This document shows positions 47,762 through 58,057 of a DNA stretch of 64,000 nucleotides, piece after piece. The position numbers and the translations under genes were made by a program. Source of the DNA: a virus; the IMG/VR virus record IMGVR_UViG_3300045451_000008, positions 68,848 to 132,847 of that record; one strand, given 5' to 3'. The notes under the pieces are model-generated. The model was given only the letters and a program-made list of their open reading frames with translations. It ran no database searches and had not been told where the DNA came from. Positions within the stretch are counted from its first letter, which is position 1. Every line of letters begins with the position of its first letter.

Positions 47762-48746
47762 CTTTTCTCAGTGGCGCACCTCGTACCTCAAGAACCCGAC
47801 ACCCAAGCAGGTCTACTGGCTCTGTGGGTCCGAGCGAATTCTTGTTGAGGACATCATCGGCACCCTCCGCGCGCGCATCAACCCGGCGCCGTGGAACGTG
47901 CTGACCCTCACCGCAGGCTCCGACTCCGAGCGAGGGATCTGGGCGGAGGCTCACCAGCACCCGCTCGACAACCAGCCCCGGCTCCTCGTCGTGCGCAGTG
48001 CCGAGCGCCTCAAGAACAAGAACAAGATCATCGACTGGGTCTCCCAGCGCACCAGCAACCCCAAGACCACGGTCATCTTCGTCTCGAACGAGGAACGGAT
48101 CCCCAAGGAGCAGACCGAGGAGCAGAAGAAGAATCACGAGAAGGGGGAGAGCCCGGCCTACATCAAGGCCTTCTCTGGCAAGGGCGCCGTCGTGGAGTGC
48201 CGAGCCTTCACGCAGGAGACCGCCAAGCACGCCGTGGCCTGGGTCCAGGAGCGCGCCCGCATCAGCTCTTCCATCGCCAGCTACCTCCTGGACCGAGCAG
48301 ACGGAGACCTCCGAGTCGTGCGGGACCTCTGTGGCAAGCTCGCGGTCTTCCCCGACACCATCTCTCCGGCGACCGTGAACGCCATGCTGGAGCAGAAGCC
48401 GAGGGACAGCTTCGCTGATGCCCTCCTGGCGCTCGACAAGAAGGAGGCGCTCCTGGCGCTGGAGGACGTCCCCACGGCTGAGTACGCCCGCCTCCTGGGC
48501 TTCCTGGACTACCGTCTGGAGCTGGCGGGTCTCGTGCACGACATGACCAGCCGCCAGGCCTCGCCGGGAGAGATCATGCGAGCCGCGGGGAGCGCCGCCT
48601 ACCTCGTCAAGGACCTCACGCCCATCGCCAAGCACTACGACATCCGGCGCCGGTTGCAGATTCGCCAGGTGCTGGCGCTCGCAGACGATGCCCTCCAATC
48701 CGGACAGACAGAAGGGGTACTCGAAGTCGTCTGCCATTTTTGGTAG
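47754..48746 (+). CDS. DNA Pol III delta (HolA)-like subunit
   Basis: VYWLCGSE, RLLVVRSAE and YLLDRADGDL...KL motifs. Confidence 0.75.
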   Translation: MSSFSQWRTSYLKNPTPKQVYWLCGSERILVEDIIGTLRARINPAPWNVLTLTAGSDSERGIWAEAHQHPLDNQPRLLVVRSAERLKNKNKIIDWVSQRTSNPKTTVIFVSNEERIPKEQTEEQKKNHEKGESPAYIKAFSGKGAVVECRAFTQETAKHAVAWVQERARISSSIASYLLDRADGDLRVVRDLCGKLAVFPDTISPATVNAMLEQKPRDSFADALLALDKKEALLALEDVPTAEYARLLGFLDYRLELAGLVHDMTSRQASPGEIMRAAGSAAYLVKDLTPIAKHYDIRRRLQIRQVLALADDALQSGQTEGVLEVVCHFW

Positions 48747-48764
48747 ATGCTTCGTAGAACAGAC

Positions 48765-51353
48765 ATGACCCAGAACTACGGCTACATCAACGATGCGGAC
48801 AAGCTGGAACTCTTCTTCGAGAAGATCGTGGCTCAGGGCAAGCCCATCGGCTTCGACATCGAGACCGGGTACGACGGACCCAACAGAGAAGGCATCGCTC
48901 TGAAGCCCTACCATCCGGACTTCAAGGTCGTCGGGCTGAGCTTCACCAACGCCACCACCTGGGCTCGCTACGTGCCCATCGCGCACGACATCGAGGAGGG
49001 TGAGGAGGACTTCAACATCGAGCGCGTGCGCGGCGCCAGGATCATCTGGAGGATGCTCCAGCACGGCCTGGGTGTCGCTCACAACCTCCCCTTCGAGCAA
49101 AACGGGCTCGCGCGCATGTTCCGCGACGTCCTCTGGGACGACCCCGAGGTGGGTGAGGAGGTACGCCGGACCAACGGCTTCTACCCCTACCTCTCGGACT
49201 CTCTGATCGAGGCCGCTATGTCGCAGCTCTACGCCGACAAGAAGCAGGGCGGTCCGGGTCTGGGTCTGAAGGCGCTCACCAAGGCCGTCTTCGGTCACGA
49301 CCAGGCGGAGATCAAGACGCTCTTCCCCGAGCTGAACACTCCGGCCAAGCTCAAGACCCTGCGCTTCAACTCCCGCAAGCTCACCGACGAGGTCGTGGCC
49401 TACGCGTGTGAGGACGCCGTGTGGTGTCTCGGATTGCACCAGATCCACTGGCCGATGGTCGAGAACAACTTCATGTTCAAGGTCGAGATGCAGCTTCTCT
49501 CGGTGCTCATGGACATGGAGCTGGAGGCTCTGGAGCTGGACTGGGACAAGTACGAGCGGGAGTACTCCATCGTGCAGCGCTTCGGTGTCGCCATGAACGA
49601 GGAGATCCAGGGCGAACTCTCCGAGATGGTCGGGGAAGTGGTCAACGTCAACTTCAACAGTCCCAAGCAGGTCGCGGACATCCTCTTCAACAAGCTCGCC
49701 CTGCCCGTCAAGGAGCGTTCCGCCAAGACCAACGCCCCCAGCACCTCAGAGAAGGCGCTCCGGGCCATCGCCTCCAAGAGCGAGGCAGTGCGCTCCCTCC
49801 TGGAGTGGCGTGAGGTCAAGGCGCTGGAGTCGCGCTACCTCAAGAAGTACCTCAGCGAGGACATCCGCTATGCCTACGACGGTCGCGCCCACCCCAGCCA
49901 CAATCAGGTCGGTGCCGCCACGGGCCGCTTCTCGGTGGACGGTGTGTCCTATCAGCAGTGGCCGAAGCCGTACCACTACGAGTTGAAGGACGGCACGGTC
50001 TACGACCTGAACTACCGTGACTTCTTCATGGCCCCTCAGGACTACCGGATCATGGGCTTCGACTTCTCGCAGGTCGAGCTTCGAGTTCTCGCGGGAATGG
50101 CCAATGAGACTGGTCTTCTCGAAGCATTCGCCAACGGCACGGACATTCACTCGGCTACCGCTTCGATCATGATGGGCATTCCGCTCGACAAGATCACCAA
50201 GAAGGACCGCGCCAAGGGAAAGACCCTGAACTTCGCAGTGGTCTACGGCTCCGGCGCCAGCAACATCGCTGACCTCCTGGGTATCTCCAAGGACGAGGCT
50301 CAGGGACTTCTCGACCAGTACTTCCGCACCTTCTCCAAGCTCAAGGCCTGGATGGACGAGCGGGTCATGGAAGGCCGTGCACAGGGCTACGTCGAGACCA
50401 AGTTCGGGCGCAAGTTCAAGGTGTGGGAGTTCCTCTCCGGCAACGCCTACATCCGCTCCAAGGGTGAGCGCATGTGCGTCAACGCACCTGTCCAGGGCGG
50501 CGCCGCGGACTACATCAAGATCGGCATGGTCCGGGTCAGCAAGGCCATCAAGAAGGCCGAGGAGGACGGGCTCATCCCCAAGGGCGGCATCCGTCTCGTC
50601 ATGACCATCCATGACGCGCTGGAGTTCTACGTCCACGAGTCCATCAGCTCGCAGACCGTCATCGACCTCCTGCACCCGTGCGTCTCCTTCCCGGTCGCAG
50701 GTCTCCCCGAGATTCTCGCGGAGTGGCACGAGGGCTACCGGTGGGGGACGGTGTTCGAGATCAACATGGATTCCCAGCACGAGATCCAGAGCTGGGAGTA
50801 CAAGGTCGAGACTCCGTACAAGGAAGAATTCGTCTTCAAGGCGGAGTCCTTCCCCGAGGCGCTGGCCGACTACGAGACCTGGGAGAAGGCGTACACGCCG
50901 CCCGTCAAGGTCAAGCAGACGTTGCAGCTCACCGAGTCCGACATCAAGCGCATGAACGCGCTGGAGGCCCTGGGTGAGGACGAGATTCCCCAGGACATCC
51001 TGGACGACCTCTCCGGCGACCTCGTCAACGTGGCGGGCAACTCGGACGCTCTGGAGGACATGACGGACGTCAAGGAGGCCGTGGACGAGGAGGAGCCGCC
51101 GTGGCTCCACAGCCCGCGCTCCGTCTACCGGATCCGCATCGAGGCCATGCCGAGCAAGGAAGCCTGGACCAGCTTCAAGCAGTTCCTCGCGGATCGCCCG
51201 GGCGACGGTCGGGTGGACATCATCACGCCGCAGGGTGAGGTCTCGCTGGTCGAGTCGGCTCTGATTCTTCTTGGGGATCACCCCATCATCTCCACCATCC
51301 TGGGTGGGGCTCAGGTGGTCGAGACTCATGAAGAGTTGGCCACGAGCAGTTAG
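48765..51353 (+). CDS. DNA polymerase family A
   Basis: FDIETG exonuclease motif; DFSQVELRVLA, R...K..NFAVVYG and IHDALEF. Confidence 0.95.
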   Translation: MTQNYGYINDADKLELFFEKIVAQGKPIGFDIETGYDGPNREGIALKPYHPDFKVVGLSFTNATTWARYVPIAHDIEEGEEDFNIERVRGARIIWRMLQHGLGVAHNLPFEQNGLARMFRDVLWDDPEVGEEVRRTNGFYPYLSDSLIEAAMSQLYADKKQGGPGLGLKALTKAVFGHDQAEIKTLFPELNTPAKLKTLRFNSRKLTDEVVAYACEDAVWCLGLHQIHWPMVENNFMFKVEMQLLSVLMDMELEALELDWDKYEREYSIVQRFGVAMNEEIQGELSEMVGEVVNVNFNSPKQVADILFNKLALPVKERSAKTNAPSTSEKALRAIASKSEAVRSLLEWREVKALESRYLKKYLSEDIRYAYDGRAHPSHNQVGAATGRFSVDGVSYQQWPKPYHYELKDGTVYDLNYRDFFMAPQDYRIMGFDFSQVELRVLAGMANETGLLEAFANGTDIHSATASIMMGIPLDKITKKDRAKGKTLNFAVVYGSGASNIADLLGISKDEAQGLLDQYFRTFSKLKAWMDERVMEGRAQGYVETKFGRKFKVWEFLSGNAYIRSKGERMCVNAPVQGGAADYIKIGMVRVSKAIKKAEEDGLIPKGGIRLVMTIHDALEFYVHESISSQTVIDLLHPCVSFPVAGLPEILAEWHEGYRWGTVFEINMDSQHEIQSWEYKVETPYKEEFVFKAESFPEALADYETWEKAYTPPVKVKQTLQLTESDIKRMNALEALGEDEIPQDILDDLSGDLVNVAGNSDALEDMTDVKEAVDEEEPPWLHSPRSVYRIRIEAMPSKEAWTSFKQFLADRPGDGRVDIITPQGEVSLVESALILLGDHPIISTILGGAQVVETHEELATSS

Positions 51354-51366
51354 GGCCGTAGAACAG
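51335..51366 (+). promoter_or_regulatory. Putative phage-sigma promoter GTTGG-N17-CGTAGAACAG
   Basis: Repeated motif; ATG 2 nt downstream. Confidence 0.65.
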
Positions 51367-51368
51367 TC

Positions 51369-51908
51369 ATGGCCACGGGACTAGCAGCGTACGACCTTCC
51401 CTTCGACTCCACGGAGTCCCGCATCCTTGACCTCGTCAAGGAGGCTCTGGAGCTTCGCCACGGTGCAGCGCTGGACCCTGAGGGGAAGATCGTCGTCCCG
51501 CCCTACGAGGCAGGCAACCCCGCAGCACGCACGGTTCTCATCCGGGTCCGCCAGCGCCTGGACCGGCTGGAGGAACTCAGCTCGACGGCTCGACAGCTTC
51601 ATGGTCGGGTCTCTCGTGCACGAGCCGCAGCAGCCTTCGAGGCGGACACGGCATGGAACCGTGCAGCTCGCGAGAACGCATCGACCGCACGCCAGTACTC
51701 ATCGGCGGCGGAACGAGCAGCAGAATCTTCTCTCGACTCGTTCGAGGAGAAGCGCCGAGCCCATCAGGCAGAGCGTCTTGTCTCGACTACGCAGGAATCA
51801 CTGGACGTCATCAAGGACTGCCTGTGGGGAATGCGGAACATTCGAGAAGAACTTCTCACGGCCATTCGGTCGGAGAACTGGATCGAGTCCACCATCGAGC
51901 GGGGATAG
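51369..51908 (+). CDS. Hypothetical helical protein
   Basis: 179-aa ORF after the promoter motif. Confidence 0.7.
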   Translation: MATGLAAYDLPFDSTESRILDLVKEALELRHGAALDPEGKIVVPPYEAGNPAARTVLIRVRQRLDRLEELSSTARQLHGRVSRARAAAAFEADTAWNRAARENASTARQYSSAAERAAESSLDSFEEKRRAHQAERLVSTTQESLDVIKDCLWGMRNIREELLTAIRSENWIESTIERG

Positions 51909-52011
51909 GCTCCCGCTGGTAGACTTGTAGAGAAGAAACCCGTTCAAGAGACAGCTCTTGACCAGCCTCAAATAACACACCTCATCAGCATATTTACGAA
52001 ACGAGATCCTC

Positions 52012-53073
52012 ATGGGCCGCGTAGCATTCACCGAAGAGAACGTCGTCAAGAAGGGCGACTACGACTTCCCCCGCCTCCGGGGTCTGAAGAAGGGTGAGAA
52101 GGCCCGCATCGTCCTTCTCGAAGAGCCCTGGGCGGAGTACGTCCACAACCTCCGCAAGCCCGCCGTCTCGGACGGTGAGCCGGTCATGACCACTCGAACG
52201 CTCGCCAAGGGCGGCACCGTCACCGAGAACAAGATGGACTTCGTCTCGCGTCCCATCTGCCTGGGTGACCCGGGCATCGTCGCGGACAAGGGCTCGGACC
52301 CGGCCAACTGCCCCATGTGCAAGGAGGCCAAGGACTCCGACCGCGTCCAGGCTCCGCAGCGCCGCTTCGCCATGCACATCCTGAAGTACGCCACCAAGCC
52401 GGGCACGCACGAGGTGCAGACGCCCTTCTCCGCTCAGACCATGATCTGGGCCTTCACCGACAAGGTCTTCGGTCGCATCTTCGAGTTCAAGAAGGAGTGG
52501 GAGGACCTCACCAAGCACGACATCCTCCTCGTGTGCGAGAACGAGCTGTTCCAGGGCTACGAGCTGTCCGTCTCGCAGAAGGCGGCGTACCGTGCGGACC
52601 GCCCCACGGCGGAGCACGCGCTGGAGATCTTCCGCAACAACCAGACGCCGGACCCGGCCATCTTCTGCGGCACGCCGAAGGAGAAGCGCTACGTCGAGAT
52701 GGACCTGGAGACCATCCGTGAGGCGTGGGCTCTGGTCAAGGAGTACGAGGCCCGCAACGGCGATGGTGTGACGAGCACCGCTCCGACCTCCTCGCAGTCG
52801 CTGGACACCGGCCTGGACGACCTCCTGAACTCGGACAAGAAGGCGGCGCCGAAGGCCGAGGAGCACAAGACGCAGGAGGATTGGGCCGTCTCCAGCACGG
52901 ACCTGGAGGACCTCATCGGCTCCGACCCGGCCAAGGACGAGAAGAAGGCCGACGCCCCCGAGGGTGACGACTTCGACTCCCTCCTGGAGAAGGAGAAGCC
53001 CGCCGCCAAGGCGACCAAGTCGGCTCCGGCTGACGAGGACCTGGACGACCTCCTGAACGGCATCACCGGCTAG
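52012..53073 (+). CDS. Single-stranded DNA-binding protein (putative)
   Basis: H/C..CPMC zinc site, long acidic tail, replication context. Confidence 0.65.
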   Translation: MGRVAFTEENVVKKGDYDFPRLRGLKKGEKARIVLLEEPWAEYVHNLRKPAVSDGEPVMTTRTLAKGGTVTENKMDFVSRPICLGDPGIVADKGSDPANCPMCKEAKDSDRVQAPQRRFAMHILKYATKPGTHEVQTPFSAQTMIWAFTDKVFGRIFEFKKEWEDLTKHDILLVCENELFQGYELSVSQKAAYRADRPTAEHALEIFRNNQTPDPAIFCGTPKEKRYVEMDLETIREAWALVKEYEARNGDGVTSTAPTSSQSLDTGLDDLLNSDKKAAPKAEEHKTQEDWAVSSTDLEDLIGSDPAKDEKKADAPEGDDFDSLLEKEKPAAKATKSAPADEDLDDLLNGITG

Positions 53074-53651
53074 TGACCCGCATCGTCACTGTGGACCTGG
53101 CCTCCCGTTTCTCAGCAGGAATGCTGATGGAGCGCGGGGGCCAGGTCCCTCTGTCCCAGTTCGATTCCTGGGGCAAGTCTTCGTTCGCCACGGCGGACGA
53201 CATCGGGCGGCTCGGTTCCGACCCTGAGGTGGACCTCATCCTCTTGGAGGACCTCCCCCACGGGCTCCAGGGCATGATGCAGATCAAGCCCCCGTCCACC
53301 TTCCAGGGCATCGTCATCCGCACGCTCGGAGACCTGGGCATCCTCGACAAGGTGCTCTGGGTGAACCCGGCGACGTGGCAGCGCCCCATGGGTGTCTTCG
53401 GCAAGAACACGCCCTCCGCCATCGAGGTGGCCAAGGAGCAGTTCGACTACGAGGTGCCAGACCTCGTCGCCATCCATGACGCTGATCTGGAAGCCGCGCC
53501 CAAGGGGCCGGAGCGAAACAAGATTCGCGCCAAGCTCCGCAAGAACATGACCGACTACGCAGACGCCTTCCTCATGGCTAAGTGGGTCGATTCGATCAAC
53601 CTCAAGGCCGAGCCCCCGTATCGCACGGGCGTGCAGGTCACGATCATCTAG
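53073..53651 (+). CDS. RuvC-like Holliday junction resolvase
   Basis: VTVDLA, LLED, VNPATW and DYADAF motifs. Confidence 0.75.
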   Translation: MTRIVTVDLASRFSAGMLMERGGQVPLSQFDSWGKSSFATADDIGRLGSDPEVDLILLEDLPHGLQGMMQIKPPSTFQGIVIRTLGDLGILDKVLWVNPATWQRPMGVFGKNTPSAIEVAKEQFDYEVPDLVAIHDADLEAAPKGPERNKIRAKLRKNMTDYADAFLMAKWVDSINLKAEPPYRTGVQVTII

Positions 53652-53660
53652 GAGCAGACC

Positions 53661-53942
53661 ATGACTCTCCCTCCCACCCCTGAGCCCGTCACCAACAAGG
53701 TGATCGGGTACGTCCTCCCCAACGGGAAGATCGTCACCTACGAGTTCGACGCAGACCGAGTCGTCCCCGGTGGAGACATCGACTGGACCACGCCCGAGGG
53801 CCGCGCCGAGGAGCAGAAGCAGTACGACGCGAGGGTCAAGCACTACGGCATCCAGCCGGGTGAGGCCACCAAGCTCACGTGGTTCATCCGCACGAGCCTG
53901 ACGACCTACAGCGACTACCAGCCCATCGGGGAGGACAGCTAG
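53661..53942 (+). CDS. Hypothetical protein
   Basis: RBS AGGAG; codon bias. Confidence 0.7.
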   Translation: MTLPPTPEPVTNKVIGYVLPNGKIVTYEFDADRVVPGGDIDWTTPEGRAEEQKQYDARVKHYGIQPGEATKLTWFIRTSLTTYSDYQPIGEDS

Positions 53943-55147
53943 TGCCCGCAGCCAAGAAGGCGGCGCCGTCCGCGCTCGATGCACTCCTCGCCACTGCCGA
54001 GAAGAAGTTCGACCTCGCAGTGGGTCCCATGTCGTCCATCATGACCGACACCAAGTTCATCTCCACGGGCAACCTGGCGCTGGACCACATCATCGGCGGT
54101 GGCATCCCGGTGGGGCGCTCCGTCGAGTTGTACGGCAAGCCCTCCTCCGGCAAGACCACCACGGCCCTCCAGGCCATGGTGAACCTCCAGCGGATCATCA
54201 TGGCTGGCGGCTCCGAGGAGCTGGGCGTCAAGGCCACGGACCGCATCTGCTTCCTGGACTACGAGCAGGCCATGGACCCCGAGTACGCCAAGTCCCTGGG
54301 CCTGGACGTGGACCACCGTTCGTTCCTGTTCACGCAGCCGGACACGATGGAGGAGGGCCTGGACTTCGTCATCGCCATGGTCGAGACCGGAGAGCTTCGT
54401 CTGTCTGTCCTGGACTCCGTCGCCGCCATGGTGCCGAACATGGTCGCGGACTCGTCGGTCGGGAAGTCGCTCCCGGCCATCGCCGCCAAGACCATGACCA
54501 TCTTCGGCCAGAAGATGAATCCGATCCTGAAGAAGCACAACTCCACGCTCATCCTCCTGAACCACGCCAAGGAGGCCATGGACATGAATCGTCCGTCGCA
54601 CCTGGGTCCGCGGATCACGACGCCGGGCGGGGTCGCGCTGAAGTTCTTCGCTTCCGTGCGGCTGGAGTACGCGCAGATCGGACAGGTCAAGGAGCCCCGT
54701 CTCAACCAGCTCACGCAGGAGATGGAGGACACTCCGGTGGGCACCAACGTCAAGGTCAAGGTGACCAAGAACAAGGTGGCTCCGCCGTTCCGTGCAACCA
54801 TCGTGCAGGTCCGGTTTGGCAAGGGCTTCGACAACTTCTTCTCGGCCCTCCAGGTGCTCCTCGCGCACAAGTACATCTCGTACCAGGCAGGTCGCTACTA
54901 CTTCCACAAGGTCGAGGACAAGGGCCTGGCACCGGAGTGGATGGCTCGCGAGACGCAGGGCACCAAGCGACCGAACATCCATGGCAAGGTCGCTCTCTAC
55001 CGCGCCGCGGACGAACACCCGGAGTGGCGTCAGGGTCTCGTGGACCTGGCCACGGAAGTCATCTCGCACCAGCTCGACCCGGACCCCGAGACCGGTGAGG
55101 TCGAGGACGACGACGAGTTCATCGAAGCTCCCGCGGACGAGGCCTAG
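53942..55147 (+). CDS. recA: RecA-like recombinase
   Basis: GGIPVGR.VELYGKPSSGKTT, LDSVAAM, TPGG.ALKFFASVR and KNKVAPPF. Confidence 0.95.
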   Translation: MPAAKKAAPSALDALLATAEKKFDLAVGPMSSIMTDTKFISTGNLALDHIIGGGIPVGRSVELYGKPSSGKTTTALQAMVNLQRIIMAGGSEELGVKATDRICFLDYEQAMDPEYAKSLGLDVDHRSFLFTQPDTMEEGLDFVIAMVETGELRLSVLDSVAAMVPNMVADSSVGKSLPAIAAKTMTIFGQKMNPILKKHNSTLILLNHAKEAMDMNRPSHLGPRITTPGGVALKFFASVRLEYAQIGQVKEPRLNQLTQEMEDTPVGTNVKVKVTKNKVAPPFRATIVQVRFGKGFDNFFSALQVLLAHKYISYQAGRYYFHKVEDKGLAPEWMARETQGTKRPNIHGKVALYRAADEHPEWRQGLVDLATEVISHQLDPDPETGEVEDDDEFIEAPADEA

Positions 55148-55163
55148 AAATTCTTCTTCCTGG

Positions 55164-55193
55164 GTTGGTGGGACCACTTGCGCCCCGTAGAAC
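55164..55193 (+). promoter_or_regulatory. Putative phage-sigma promoter GTTGG-N17-CGTAGAAC
   Basis: Repeated motif in an intergenic gap. Confidence 0.65.
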
Positions 55194-55225
55194 GAGAAAC
55201 GACCAACCCAGGAAGAAGGTCTCTC

Positions 55226-56368
55226 ATGGCTACTGTCTCTCCCGATGAGATGCGCTCGCAGCTCATCCCGCTCGAACAGGTCCAGAACACGCTGGCCACC
55301 ACCGAGCCGCTCAACACCCTCTTCATCTCCCAGGTGGACAAGATCCGCTTCGAGGCCGACCCGGAGTGGGGCGTCACGCTGGGCAACGTGCACGACGACG
55401 CAGTGGTCGGCATGCGCGCCATCATCAACGGTGAGACGCACGCGCTCACCAAGACCGCAGCTCTCGCCATGGGCGCCAACTTCGGCCTCCCCGGCACCTA
55501 CGCTCGCAAGCTCCCGAGCCCGCTCCTGGAGAGCCAGCTCAACTACTGGTACTCCGCAGGCCTGGGCGACCGCACGTTCAACTTCCTCACCAGCGGCGAC
55601 GACCAGAACATCGCGGCGGTCACCAAGTCCACGCTGAAGCCCTTCTCCAACCTCGCCCTCCTGGAGCGGGTCCTGGAGGGCATCAGCGACGTCTACGGCG
55701 GCGACAACGTCGTGGCGGACTACAAGATGTCGCACTCGCTCCTCCAGACCGACGTGCGCCTCATCCTCCCCGACTACACGCGGACCATCACGGACTCCGG
55801 CACCAACGACGACATCTGGTCGGCTGGCGTGCACCTGAGCAACTCGCTCGTCGGCAAGAAGATGACGACCGTCGAGGGCTACCTGTTCCGCTGGTTCTGC
55901 ACCAACGGCGCCACCACGCGCCTGGAGGACGTGGGCACCTGGAGCCGCCGCACGGACGGCCAGAACGACGACGTCTACACCTGGGCTCGCGAGTCCGTGG
56001 ACGCCATCTTCGAGGGCATCGAGGGCAAGTTCGATGAGGTGCAGGCGCTCACCGCTCTCCCTCTCAACGGCAACACGGGAGAGGTGCTCCGCAGCATCTT
56101 CGAGCAGCACTCCGTGCCGGTCTCGCAGCGCCAGGGCATCATCGACAACATGCTGGAGTCGGAGAACCCGACCATGTACGGCGTCATGCAGTCCATCACT
56201 CAGCTCGCCAACGATCCGGACCTCAGCCCCGACCGCGCGGACAAGCTCATGCGCATCGGCGGAGACGTGCCCACCGACCTCTTCGACACCGTCAAGGCGA
56301 AGGTGTGGCGCGAGGGCCACCAGGCGAAGCCTGGCATGGTCAACCCCTACGAGATCACCACTCACTAG
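55226..56368 (+). CDS. DUF932-like protein
   Basis: GVHLSNSLVG...LFRWFCTNG motif. Confidence 0.65.
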   Translation: MATVSPDEMRSQLIPLEQVQNTLATTEPLNTLFISQVDKIRFEADPEWGVTLGNVHDDAVVGMRAIINGETHALTKTAALAMGANFGLPGTYARKLPSPLLESQLNYWYSAGLGDRTFNFLTSGDDQNIAAVTKSTLKPFSNLALLERVLEGISDVYGGDNVVADYKMSHSLLQTDVRLILPDYTRTITDSGTNDDIWSAGVHLSNSLVGKKMTTVEGYLFRWFCTNGATTRLEDVGTWSRRTDGQNDDVYTWARESVDAIFEGIEGKFDEVQALTALPLNGNTGEVLRSIFEQHSVPVSQRQGIIDNMLESENPTMYGVMQSITQLANDPDLSPDRADKLMRIGGDVPTDLFDTVKAKVWREGHQAKPGMVNPYEITTH

Positions 56369-56378
56369 GGTCAACACC

Positions 56379-56420
56379 GAGGGGGCGTCCTCTGACCGCA
56401 TGACGGCTGGACGCCCCCTC
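56379..56420 (+). terminator. Stem-loop
   Basis: GAGGGGGCGTCC / GGACGCCCCCTC 12-bp inverted repeat. Confidence 0.55.
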
Positions 56421-56458
56421 ACTCATAGGGTCACAACAAGAATCTCAAGGAGAACGAC

Positions 56459-57076
56459 ATGCCCAAGACTCCCCACGCCTTCCTCTGGCTCGACCTGGAG
56501 ACCACCGGTCTCGACATGGAGCAGGACCAGATCCTGGAGGTCGGCGTCATCCTGACCGACTTCGACCTCAACAAGATCGACGGGTACCAGGAGGTCATCA
56601 AGCTCACCAAGCAGGGCGCCGAGCGCCTCCGTGCCAACGACGTCGTCAAGAAGATGCACCAGGAGAACGGGCTCATCAAGGAGTCCGCCGCCGCGACGCT
56701 GACCCTCCCCCAGGTCGAGGAAGCGATCATCAAGTGGCTGAAGGAGGACACCACCTTCGACAAGGGTGAGTTCATGCTCGCGGGCTCCGGCAACGCCGCC
56801 TTCGACTTCGCCTGGATCAAGAAGCACATGCCCCAGCTCGCGTCCTGGGTGGCGTACTACCCCGCGGACGTCGGCATCTTCCGCCGCATGGTGCGCATCT
56901 TCAACGGTGGGCGGGACGTCATCGGCTCCCCCGCCGTGTCCAACGATGGTCACCGCAGCATGTCCGACCTGGAGTACTACATCGAGGAGGCCAAGCTCTA
57001 CCGCGACTGGGTGGGCAACGCCGAGAGCGCTCTGGCCGACAAGGCAGCCGCATGGGCGGGCCAGGCCGAGCAGTGA
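56459..57076 (+). CDS. Oligoribonuclease-like DEDDh exonuclease
   Basis: WLDLETTGL, MHQENGL, FD..WI and HRSMSD motifs. Confidence 0.85.
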   Translation: MPKTPHAFLWLDLETTGLDMEQDQILEVGVILTDFDLNKIDGYQEVIKLTKQGAERLRANDVVKKMHQENGLIKESAAATLTLPQVEEAIIKWLKEDTTFDKGEFMLAGSGNAAFDFAWIKKHMPQLASWVAYYPADVGIFRRMVRIFNGGRDVIGSPAVSNDGHRSMSDLEYYIEEAKLYRDWVGNAESALADKAAAWAGQAEQ

Positions 57077-57210
57077 GCCTCGAACAGAGCAAGTGGATCG
57101 AGGTCAAGTGCAGCGGGTGCGGGGAGGTGCTCGGAGCATCGTCCAACATGTGGGACGGGGGCGCCCTGGCCCTCTTCGAGACTCATGAAGCACTCTGGCA
57201 CAGCAGGTAG
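57073..57210 (+). CDS. Small zinc-finger-like protein (45 aa)
   Basis: GTGA overlap; CSGC...HEALWH; not in the ORF track. Confidence 0.55.
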   Translation: MSLEQSKWIEVKCSGCGEVLGASSNMWDGGALALFETHEALWHSR

Positions 57211-57239
57211 TTGACATCTGACAACTCCTAGGGCACACT
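57209..57239 (+). promoter_or_regulatory. SigA-type promoter with overlapping palindromic operator
   Basis: Identical 18-mer; CACACT 17 nt after TTGACA. Confidence 0.7.
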
Positions 57240-57292
57240 GGTCCTACAGCAGGGGTCAACCTGCAAGACATCACGACATCCAGGAGCACATC

Positions 57293-58057
57293 ATGTGGAT
57301 CTTCCTCCCCACCGGCCTTCTCATGCCCGCCATCGTCCCCATGGACAAGGCCGACGCCGCCTTCACCGAGGGCAAGTACAACCTCCAGGTCCGCGGTCGT
57401 CTGGTCTCCCACCTGGAGGACTTCATCAAGACGTACATGGAGCCGGGGACGTACCACGAGGAGATCCAGCTCAACCCGGACATGGACTACAACTGCCGGT
57501 TCTACACGACCCACGAGGCCTTCACCAAGGCCCTCGCGCTGGCCGTGGCCGACATCGACTACGAGAAGTTCAAGCCGACCGCCGAGCACCTCAACAAGGA
57601 CGGCTCCAAGCGCAAGGACGGCGCCAAGTACCACTCGGTGCTGAACTCCCTCTGGACCACGATCACCCGCCTGGCTCCGGCTGGCGGCTCCTGGGCCTAC
57701 TCGTCGGTCGGCAGCAAGTACGGCCAGCGTCAGGTCGGTGCCATCAACGAGGGCAGCGAGCGCTACAGCTCGCGCTACCTGGACGAGATCCAGAACTCGT
57801 ACGACCCGGCAGAGAACCCCTCGTGGTGGACCGACCAGCGCGACTCCGGCATGGACGACTGGGACCCGAACAAGCTCACCGAGGAGGACGTCATCAAGTC
57901 GCTGGAGGGCATCCCGCTCGCGCAGTGGGACGAGCACTGTGACGAGCAGGAGTGGGCGCTGGTCCGGGACACCTGGGTGATCGCCATGGCGGAGGCCGCT
58001 CGTCCGAGCCGTCGTGAGCGCCGTGAGGCGCGTCGTCTCCTGGGTCGCTCCAAGTGA
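57293..58057 (+). CDS. Hypothetical protein
   Basis: RBS AGGAG; codon bias. Confidence 0.75.
   Translation: MWIFLPTGLLMPAIVPMDKADAAFTEGKYNLQVRGRLVSHLEDFIKTYMEPGTYHEEIQLNPDMDYNCRFYTTHEAFTKALALAVADIDYEKFKPTAEHLNKDGSKRKDGAKYHSVLNSLWTTITRLAPAGGSWAYSSVGSKYGQRQVGAINEGSERYSSRYLDEIQNSYDPAENPSWWTDQRDSGMDDWDPNKLTEEDVIKSLEGIPLAQWDEHCDEQEWALVRDTWVIAMAEAARPSRRERREARRLLGRSK

Noticed and set aside
48765-51353. Intein or intron in PolA, DnaB or RecA
   Set aside because: Catalytic motifs are contiguous at normal spacing and no intein boundary residues are evident.
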